This document shows, one piece after another, positions 25,205-37,200 of a stretch of 44,992 nucleotides of DNA. A program made the translations under genes and the position numbers. The notes under the pieces are model-generated. The model did not search any database and had not been told where the DNA came from. It saw nothing but the letters and a program-made list of their open reading frames with translations. The DNA comes from Octopus bimaculoides (lineage: Eukaryota): positions 56,218,971 to 56,263,962 of the forward strand of contig NC_068984.1 of assembly GCF_001194135.2 (NCBI RefSeq), given 5' to 3'. The first letter of the stretch is position 1; every line of letters begins with the position of its first letter.

Positions 25205-25250
<46 letters not shown>

Positions 25251-28200
25251 AATATATGTATATCAATATATATCTATATCTAAATATGTATATAGATATA
25301 TATAAATATAATATATGTATAAATTTTAATAGTGTAGAAACAGCTGTAATTTACAAGATGTGTCATTTGTTTGTATAAAAAAATAAAATTGAACTGAATT
25401 TATCACTTAATAATTAAATAATTTAATTGTTCAATTTATTATTTTCGTTTCTATTTCTAATTTATATTTATATATTGATAAATTGTATGTTTATTTTATT
25501 TATTTATTTACCTATTTGTTATGAGTGAAATATATATATATATATATCATCATCGTCATAGTCATCATTATTTAACGTCCACTTTCCATGCTGGCATGGG
25601 TTGGACAGTTCGACTGAGGGCTGGCTAGCCAAAAGGCTGCACCAGGCTCCAATCACATCTGGTAAGGTTTCTACAGCTGGATGCCCTTCCTAATGCCAAC
25701 CACTCCGAGAGTATAGTGGGTGCTTTTTACGTGCCACCAGCACAAGGGCCAATGAGGTGGTACTGGCATAGGCCATGCTTGAACGGTGCTTTTGACATGC
25801 CACCAACACAGGATCCAATCAGGCGGCACTGGCAACGATCACACTTGAATGGTGCTTTTTAAATGCCACTAGCACGGGAGCTAGTCAGGCGGCACTGGCA
25901 TCGACCACTTTTCTGTAATAATCATAAGCCTCTCCATCCCTTTTCTGCAACCAGTCTTCAAAGGCCCTTTTCTTCTCTACTACCACATCCTTTACCTGCT
26001 CATTCTGCCACTCACTACCTTTCTTCACACCCATTCTAACCACCCATGTACCAAATAGGCACCTCAGAGGCACATCTCATTACTGCCTCTCTAAAGGCCT
26101 CCCATTCCTCCTCCACATCTCCCACCTCCCGTTTCTTAACCTCTTATTCACCCCTCAATTTCTCTACATGCTCCTGCTCCCTCCTATCCATTTCACTTAA
26201 CTTCACAAACTCTCTCCTCCCTGTCATTCGTCTAGCATTCAATTTCGAGCATACCTTCAATTTACCCTGTATGAGGAAGTGATCTGACACTCCTCCACCT
26301 TCACCTCTCATTACATGCACATTCACAAACCTTCCAACCACTCTCTCTCTCTCTTTTACTCTTTTACTTGTTTCAGTCATTTTGACTGCAGCCATGCTGG
26401 AGCACCGCCTTTAGTCGAGCAAATCGACCCCAGGACTTATTCTTTGGAAGCCTAGTACTTATTCTATCAGTCTCTTTTGCCGAACCGCTAACATACGGGG
26501 ACGTAAACACACCACCATCGGTTGTCAAGCGATGTTGGAGGGACATATATATATATATACATATATACGATGGTCTTCTTTCATTTTCCGTCTACCAAAT
26601 CCACTCACAAGGCTTTGGTCGGCCTGAGGCTATAGTAGAAGACACTTGCCCAAGGTGCCACGCAGTGGGACTGAACCCGGAACCATGTGGTTGGTAAGCA
26701 AGCTACTTACCACACAGCCACTCCTGCGCCTGAATGATTAGTGAATAATCCATCAAGTCCCTCTCCACTACTGTTCCTCCCTCCACCCTCTGCCATGTAA
26801 ACTTGTTTTTCTCCCACTTTTTAAAAAGATTATTCTCCACCATCAACTCCTGCTCCATACACATTTCCAACAACCTCCCTCCACTCTCATTCTGGCCAGG
26901 AACTCCATATTTGCCTACTACATTTTCTACTTCCTCATTTTCCACTTGCACATTCAAATCACCCAGCACCACCACATAGCCACTTTTCCCCACCCTATCC
27001 ACACACTCTGTCAATTTCCTCCAGAACTCCTCAACTTCTTCCTCACTCCTTTCAGTCCCTGGACCATTGGACAATATGCACTAAAAAACACCCACATCTT
27101 TCCTCCCTACTTCATCTTAACCCACATTAACCTTGAAGACACTTCCCTTCACTCCACCACACTCTCCTGCACATGCTTACTCACCAGCAAGGCCACTTCT
27201 TCATGAGCCCTCCCACTCCAGACACTCAACCAGTCACATCACCAAACTTGTACCTATCCTTACCTTTCATCTTAGTTTCACTCAGTGCATCCATCCTTCT
27301 CATCATCACACTCCCTATCTCTCTCCTCTTTACCTCACTTGTACTGCACCCATGCACATTCCATGACCTTAGTACTAGGGTGGGATTTAGTGCTAACCTT
27401 CTCCCACTTCCTTGTCTTTTTCTTGTTGTCTTTTTAGGAAACAGAGTTATTAAGAAGAGTGGATTCCCAGTACCTTCGCTCCCACCCCTTTTAGTTGCTT
27501 CTTATGCCATGCAGGGAATACAGCAACTGCATTCCACCGCCCCTCCCCCTAGTCACAGTGGGGTTTGCTAGTTAACCCATAGCTGGAACTCTTACAGGTG
27601 CAACCACTCTGAGCCACACTAGACCTGGGCACAATATTTTCTTCATGTTTTCCCCATTAAATTACCAAATTCCTCCTTTTTGCAACACCAATTTGCTTGG
27701 GCAATTCAGTTATTTGTCTATATATTCTGTCTTATATACATCAAATTTAGACAGACGAAGTATTAAGAGTCTTCACTTTTTTTACTCTTTTTTTTTTTGT
27801 ATAAAAGTTTTTGTACGAAGTTCTCAGCTTATCAGTTTATACATAACAACACAAGCTGTGCTGTTTTATTTATGTAAATATTAATGATTTTAATGATGAT
27901 GATTTTAAATAAGAGGATTCATTAATCATCTGTTCTGTCTTTCATAGAGATTACTACTTAACTCATGTCGAGTGGATGTCCGATGACTATGTCGCAGTGT
28001 CCTGGGCAACCAGGGCTCAAAACCACAGTATTGTCACACTGTGCAGCTCAAGGGTTGGCATGTGCCACTTTGTAAGTAACTTTGCTTTACACCTATTCAA
28101 TATATGATAATATGATAAGAATCAGAATTATAAGATCATTTTTAACAGGTGTATTTCATTGATAAAATAACCAGTCTTGTGCCAATTTCCCTGCAATAAG

Positions 28201-29906
28201 TGGAGTTATGTTTGTAGCCTAAAACCATCATGTAATGTCTATTGCAATATTTGAACCCACCATTCCTGGATTATATATATGCCTGACATTTATCAAAAAG
28301 ATCACACACTTTTATTAAATATTGATTGTGAATAAATTTGATATGTGAAAGTATATTCACTTTTGATGTTTATTGACTGAGGTGCTACTACAGTTAAAAT
28401 CTAAGTCAAATAAAATATTGTTTTATTTTCAAACTGTATAAGTTCAGTTAGTTAGTGTTTAATGCATATGCCTTGCTTTGCTTTGAGCCCTCAATTCCTA
28501 ATGGAGTTATAGGAGCACTACCATGACATACAGTGTGTCTTAGTCACTTTTAGTCCTCGTTGGGCCCAACTCTCTTTCAGTTTGACCACAGCCAATTTCT
28601 AGAAAAGAAAGAGAATCAGACTAACAGAAAGTGAGAGACAGACAGACAGACAGACAAAGAAGAATTAACCATCACACAGGACTGGTATTTTATTTATCAG
28701 GATGAATGTCAAACTTCACCTCAATAGTATTTGATCTCAGAGTTTAAAGATAATAATAATTGATAATTCATTTGCTGAATATGATCCTTCATTAAATTTG
28801 CTTTTCAGATGCACAAAGGCTAAAGACAGCTTTGCATATGAAACTTATTCACAGACCCATTGTATGAGATACCTATAAGTGAAACAGTTACATATCTGAG
28901 AGCATGAGGGTTAAGTTGATGGAGTACTGGCTGACCAATTGAGGGAACAGTAGTTCATACTTTGTTACTGGCCTTACATTGTGTCCATAACCATGACATT
29001 TATCTGTCAATTACTTAAGTTCTCTAAGTTGTAAATAGGTTTCATGAGATGGTATAATTTACCACTGTAAGCAACACTGATGAGTATTTAATGAGTAGTG
29101 CCAAATCCAGTTGTTTCCACAAGAATTGTAATCTGAGATTATTTCCTATAAGATATAACTGGCATCATATCCCAGAGAATATTTATTCTCTCATCTCTTC
29201 ATTTCTTAAAACTATGGAAGCCAGAGATATGCAACAGCAAGAATGACAATGAAAGTTGATGATAAAATATTTTACATTTTTACTAATGCTTCTATTGAGA
29301 GCTGAATATATTTCCACTATGACATAAGATATACTACAAGAGATATTGTTATATTTGATATTGTATTTTTCTTACCCTCTCCCCTTGAAATAACATTCAT
29401 AAGCAATTTATTGTTTTAATTCTGGTTATTTTTGTTTTCTCTTATTATTACAGAGCACTGAAGTGAAGAAACTGCATGGTTGGGTTGAAACGGTAAATAC
29501 TAAATCACTTAATTATATATTCTTGCAACCAGGACCTATGAGAGTAGGGTACAAGGTATACATTGTACTCAGACCCACCTTGAAATTTCCTGGGATTATT
29601 TCAGAAAATGTTGCATATTTTGAATACTAACATTGACATTTTGGACAGGGTGCTTCAAAGAATCTTTGTATGTACTTCCTGATAAAATTACTCTCAGAAG
29701 CCCTGTTTACAAGGGATGAAGAATCAAATATATTCACAAGGTGCTTTATCAGACAACCTTTTAACCATTTCACCTTGCATCCTACCTCTAAATAATTATT
29801 TCAGAGATTTTTCAACCATAATTTTTTTTTGTTTTTTAGTATTTTAGTAATGATAAACATATAAAATAATTAGAGTAGCAGAGATTTCTTTTTAATAAGT
29901 AAATGA

Positions 29907-29963
<57 letters not shown>

Positions 29964-32900
29964 CCTTTCTACTAAAGGCACAAGGCCTGAAATTTTTTGG
30001 TGAGGGTACTTGTCAATTACATCAACCCCAGTGTTTCACTGGTACTTAATTTATTGACCCCAAAAGGATGAAAGGCAATGTTAACCTCAACAGAATTTGA
30101 ATTCAGAACATAGCGACAGGTGAAATACCACTAAGCATTTCATCCAGTGCACTAACGAGTCTGCCAGCTCACCACCTTAGATAATAATAATAATCCTTTC
30201 TACTATATGCACAAGGCCTGAAATTTTAGGGGAGGGGACTAGTCCATTATATTGACCTCAGTGCATAACTAGTACTTATTTCATCAACCCTGAAAGGATG
30301 AAAGGCAAAGAGAACCTTTCTTCTCTATTATTATTATTATTGAGTGAGAGAGCAGTGCATGCCATCAAAATGACATTGGGGTAAAATATACGAAGCCCAG
30401 TATACCCATCATGACTACCCATCTGATAAGGGTACACCAGGTACATGCATCACAACCGTATGTACGTGACATGATCTCATATCAAGATAAACAGTGCATG
30501 ACCTCGCAGGTGGGGCCCAGTTCGAACTTTCTTCAGATTGAGTAGCCCATCCCACATAAAAGGTCCTTGAATAAGGGTTATTTAAGGATGTTGAGTGAAA
30601 CACCCCTGTTTCCAAAGGTAAATTATTCAAACCCTAAAGAATTCCTCTCAACACATGGCTATGATGCTCCCCTACTACTTCTGTTTGTAATCAGAGATGC
30701 ACATATCATCAGCCACCAAAGGACATGTTCAACTGGTTTTGGTCAAACAACTGACAAGCAAATCTGTGGTACTGAGCAGAATATTTGCTGTAGTCTATCT
30801 TTTATACCAAAACAAAACATGTACATGATAACACTTCCAATCAGTTAAGATCAGAAGCCATGAGAGCCAGTGCCTGGTACTGCATCAGGACATCATTATT
30901 ATTATTATTATTATCACTTTAATTCTCAGAATGTTCAGTCTTGTTTGTTTTGGTAGACTCTGTGAGAGTGGACAGCAGCCTGCTGTCAGAGGTCTCACAG
31001 GGTCTCTTTCCGCACATTATAAACTTGGTTGTTAATTATCACAGAAGACATTCAACATCCAAGTGCCAATCACAAATTCCTAGCTGTCCACAACAGAGCA
31101 GTTTTTTGGACTTGCTTTGCTCTCATGTCAGTTCCAATTTCTTTAACATATTTCTTAAACTTGGTTGTAGTGCTTGGAGTGCCCATACAACTACTGGAAT
31201 GGCAGACACTCTCCTCATAGTCCACATTCTTGCAATTTTGTTTTTTAGTAGTCTGTACTTTTCAATCTTTTCTAGTTCTTTGTCACTTAAGCATGCATAT
31301 CCAGGTATTGCAATATCTATGATCTTGGTTTCCTTTTTTCCTTTATCTACCACAACAATATCTGGTCTCTGAGCCTCGACTAAGGAGTTATATTGGATTG
31401 TAAAATCCCACAGTATCTTATGTTCTTTGTTCTCAGTGACTCCTTCTGATTCATGTTCGTACCATTTCCATGCTCTGTTCAGGCCATACTTTTCACATAG
31501 CCTTCAGTGGACGAACTTAGCCACGTTATTGTGCCTCCTTTTGTAGTGTTTTGGGGCCAGCTTGCCACACTCACTCACAATATGTGAGATTGTTTTGTTT
31601 CTGTGGCTACACAACCTACAAAGGGGTGATTTGCTACTCCTGTCTATTTGGAACTTGGTGTAATTAGTTCTCAGAGCTAGTTCCTGGGTACTGCATATCA
31701 ATGCTTCAGTGCATCCTTTCAAATCACTTTTTCTTAGCCATCTCCAAGTGTTGATCTTGTCTTTTGCTTTAATTTCTCTGAGGTATTGCCCACTGCATGG
31801 GCAATACCTCAGAGGGATAGAGTGAGAGGGAGAGAGAAATAGAGAGTAGGGGTAAAAAAGACAGAGGGACAGAGAAAGAGAGGAAATACATGTGCTTTTA
31901 ACAATAGGTTCAGTATGGTAGCAGTCTGGGAGTTTTAAAGAGCTGATCTTCATGACTGTGTATGAATAAAGTGTATGTTTTAAAAATTTAAGATTTAAGC
32001 AGAGAAGGAAGGAGAAACATTTTAACTTAATTTGAATCTAATGAAAAAGAGGGACACAGAGAGAGAGGAAATACTTATGAAGATTACTTGTTGGCATAGA
32101 AAAAATCCTCAGTTGAAATCACACAGTCACAGACCAATTCAAACAGTAAGCTAATTTTTCATTAGATTCAGATTAAGTTAAAACGTTTCTCCTCCTTCTC
32201 TGCTTAAATCCTAAATTTCTAAAATGTACAATTTATTCATTCACAGTCATAAAAATCAGCTCTTTAAAACACCCAGACTGCTACCATGCTGAACCTATTG
32301 TTAAAAGTACATGTATTATCGGTATTATTATTATTATCATTATCATTATTATTATTATCATTATCATTATTATTATTATTGTTGTTGTTGTTATTATTAT
32401 ATACAGTACTTAGGTGCACTACAACTCATTGGAAAAAGATAACAGATGAGATAGAAAGCAGTAATAATTCAAGTAAAGGAAGACAGCAATGATAGCTAAA
32501 AGTGCATGCATAGTACACAAAATAGAATACAAAAAGACAGAAAAGGAACAGTGAAAGAACCATATAGAGGAAAGTGGACGTAGGCACTTCAGAAGTAATG
32601 TTGGGTAAATTTTGAGAAGTATGGAAGCCTATCGTATCAGCATCTTTATGGCTTTTCATAAGATTCCAGGTTGTAAGACACTGAATTATCATAAATTTTT
32701 TTCCAACTATATTCAGATACTAAATGCTTAAATATCTTACATAGGCTGTTGGCACAATTATAGACTGAACATTCCTAATCTTGCAGGCTCATGGGTACTG
32801 GTGCCACAAGCATCAGTGCTGGCATCACACAAGAGCACTTGCACCAGTACTGTGTAGAAGCATCCAGTACACTCTGTGACGTGGTTAGCATTAGAAAGGG

Positions 32901-34027
32901 CATCCAGTCATAGAGACCATGCCGAAACAGACATGGAGCCTGGGCAGCTCATCAGCTGGCCAGCTCCTATCAAACCATCCAACCCATACCAGCATAGAAA
33001 ATGGACATTAAATGGTGATGATGATGATGAGACATTTTTTTAAAGATGGGACACTTTTTTAATATTTGCATCTACACTACATTTAGATTAGTTTGGTTTC
33101 CAGTCATCATCAGATGTCTTATTGTTGGACATCTTCCTTAATCTTCTCAATTCAAATAATCTGATTATCTTTTAATAGTTCATAGGGTGGGCTCAATTAT
33201 CACATACAATATTTTCTCACACTCTGTGTAAATATATTATGAGTTGAAAAAACATCTTTTCTTACTATCTACAACTTAATACAATATGTTTTTCACAATA
33301 TTTTACGTTTCTTCCAAAAGTTTACCTTAGGGAACACATTTAATTACTCAACTTGAACAGACTTCATTACCATAAACAATATTTTCACACGCTTTTCAGT
33401 GAAAATATTTACATATGTCATTTCTAACTACATACAACTTAATGCAACATTTTTTCTCACAATATTCCAATTTTCTGACAATATGTTACTCAGTGGTATA
33501 TATCTAATTGCTTTAAAGTAGATTTTATTATCATATACATTTTGTCGCTTTTATCCAAATGTATTTTGATACCTTTCTTACCTGATATGATGCAGTGCAC
33601 AAATTTTCTCACAATATGTTACCAAGTGGAATATATTTAATTACTATATACTGATTGGTAGATTTTTTTCTTTTTTGTTACAATGCCCTACTTATAAATT
33701 ACTGGTGCATTAACAATGTTTTGTTACAATGCTTTACTGTACTGCAGAATATGCCTATAGATTTTTAACCAGTTGTATATGAAGAGACAAAAAAAAGTTG
33801 TTTAGATCTGTCTCTGCATAACAGTTGTAGGCTAAAAATCTCCAGATGTGTTCTGTTGTACAGTGTAGCTCTACTTATAACATTACTTATAATATTGCTC
33901 TTTATTTGGTTACATCTTGTTTGTTGTTAACACATTTCAGCTGATATATCCTCCAGCCTTCACCTTCATCAGGTGTCTTGGGGAAATTTCAAACCCTGGG
34001 TTCTCTTCCTAAGGTATTTTCAATGTA

Positions 34028-34077
<50 letters not shown>

Positions 34078-34187
34078 CATTATTATTATCCAGGTCACAG
34101 CCCGGAATTGAACTTGCAATCTTGGGATTAGTAGCCCGCGCTCTTCCCCACTATGCCATATGCCCATGGGCATATGGCTGTAATCTG

Positions 34188-34238
<51 letters not shown>

Positions 34239-37200
34239 TTGAAAAATACCTTAGGGGTGAAAACCCAGGTTCGAAATTTTCCCAAGACACCAGATGAAGG
34301 CTGGAGGGTATATCAGTTGAAACGTGTTAACAACAAACAAGATGTGGACAAATATCTGTCAAATGTAAATAATGTACTGATGATTTAGTTATTAATATTC
34401 ATTGTTAAAAGTGATTACTGTTTTAAATATCCCAAATCAAATGATGATTCATTTGTTTACTTGTAGCCCCGTCCATTCTTTGTTTCTGAACAAAAATACT
34501 TCATCAGGCTACCTGTCAATGATGGCAAGAGTGGACACTACAAACACATTTGCCAAGTATCAATAAAACCTGTAAGTATGCTTGTTTTTTTCCATTATTA
34601 TATCCATTCATTTTTTCCATTATTATATACTTAGATACTGAAAAACTATCAATATATCTATTTACGTACATCACTTTGGTTTCAGATTAAGCAACGAGGA
34701 AAGCAATTAGTACTAACTCAAGGAGAATGGGAAGTTACAGAAATTGTTGGTTATGATAGTGAGAAACAAAATCTGTAAGTAAATCATAACTTAATATATT
34801 TTTACATTTCACAAGATGAAGGGAATAGATATATTTCCCATTTAGATTAATATGTGTGATACAGAAATCAAGCAAAAAGCAAAATATATATTCAACTTTA
34901 CGATGAAAGTAAACAAACAAAGTTTCTATTTAGAAGCATTGAGATGTATTGTAAGATACATAAATCTTTATTTCCTTAATGTGACGAACAAATCAAAAAC
35001 ATATCACCCTTGATGTTGTTGAAACTAAAGGCTTCTATTTAAAACTTGTCTTTAAAATTAAGATTCATACATTTTTATATTAGCAAGCCATCTTTTGTAA
35101 TATGAATTTATTAAATAAGTATTTTTTTCCCCTTCCAGGTATTTTATCGGGACAGGAGGTGACTCAAGAAAAAGACATCTTTACAGGTTTGTGAATTTGA
35201 CTTGTTTTGCAATTTGAATTGTATAGTGTTGTTCTGTTTTTTTGTCAAAAAGTTGGTTGATTGCTCCCCACTCCAGCCTTACTTTTATCCTTATTTTTAT
35301 TTATTTGTTTTTTCATTAGCATGGATTCCATGATAAAAACATCACTCTCCTTATCAAGCTACTCATAAGTTTCTCAATAGACTAGAAAAATTGTTAGAGC
35401 ATCATAAAAAATGCCTCATTGGATTTCTTCTGAGTTCATATTCCACCAACATCAACTGCACTTTTAATCCATCTGCATTGATAAAATATTGGGGTTGATG
35501 TGATTGACTGAGTCCCTCCTTTCAAAATTGCTGACTACATACCTAAATTAGAAACCTTTAATTTTGTGTTCCACTAATTAGTTATTAATGACATTGGTTG
35601 CTTAACAGCCATATGGACCACAGTTAAGAACCATTGATGTAATTTGATGTGATCTCTAAGTCACGCATGAAATTTTATCCATTCCTCAACTAGGATCCAT
35701 ATGACCCTCAGGGGTCAATATAAGATTTTGTTGTTAAAATTCATGTGCAATAAATTTTTTATATTCTGCAACACACCAAATGTTTTAACACTTGTTTAAT
35801 ACAATTCCTAATAATATTTAATTCTAAAATAATATATGGATTTTTTAAATACTGAATGGCTCTTAGGGCCCATCCAATTAAAATAGGAATCAAAGGTGTC
35901 CCATAGGGAATAAACTAGTAGAGAGCCATTGAATTACAATTAAGGGGAGATAAGCAAATAGCAACTCCTGAAAGCAATGTATAAATAAATTATAGTTTAC
36001 AGACAGTATTTTCTTTGGAAATAAGAAACAAAATCATTATTTATTATTATTTATTTATTTGTTTGTTTGTTTATTTATTTGTCATCTCCTTTTGGATTCA
36101 TGTGTCTAGATGTTTAGAAAGTTTTCTTCAACTGGAATAACAAAATTATGTGCTCATTGTATGTTTACAAAATTCAAAGATCAGTGTGCATGATTTAAAA
36201 TAGAGAACACTAAATGAGATATTTTAGACCAGATATATCCAGCCCAGATATCCAGCCCAAATTATTATAAGTAATTCGGTGTCTTCCAATTCTGAGTTCA
36301 CATTTCAACAGTACCAATTCTGCTTTTTAACTGAACAAGATCAATAAAATAAAACCAAGTAAATTTACCTTAACTTTAATATGTTCCAAGTAATATTCTG
36401 AACCATTTTTATTAATCTAATGTATTTATATTGATTTCAAATTCCGGCACAAGACCAGCAATTTCAGGGGTTGGGATAAGTCGATTACATCAACCCCAGT
36501 TTTCAACTGGTACTTATTTTATTGACCCCCAAAAGGATGAAAGACAACGTTGACCTTGGCTATATTTGAACTCACAACGTGAAGACAGACAAAATGGCAC
36601 TAAGCATTTTGCCCAGTGTGTTAATGTTTCTGCCAGTTCGCCACCTTATCTACTGTATTAATGTTAATAAGTCTGAGTATATTGTACATGTTATTTTGGT
36701 GCTGGTCATGCTTCTTTCACAACATCACTTTTTTGTTCTAGTCACTCCTATTGCAGTCAACGGCACACCATGAGTAGTGGAACAGCTCATAACCTCCAGA
36801 CTATAATTTTGGGAAAGCATGAGTAACTGATTGAATTGAACATCATATTACTAGTACTTAGTTATGTGCACTTAGCATTCTCTCTTTAGCATTTACATTA
36901 TTCTGTTAAATATAATGCTTATGTAGTCACATTATTTTGAATCACTCATGTATTATCTTGTAGCTTTCAGAATTCAAGGATGTCACTTTTTATATTTAGA
37001 AAGACAATGTTGGGTAGGTGTGAGAGGTTGGATCTGGTTAGTTTGAACATAAAACGTGGATGATGTTTGGGCCGGATATGGATAGTTTAAATGCTAAAGG
37101 GTTAATTCTGAGAAGTTGACAGGTAAAAATGAAACCATGTAGAACTCTGAACTTTAGGCCACAGAGGAATGTAATTAAACCCTGGATGGTATTGTAATAG

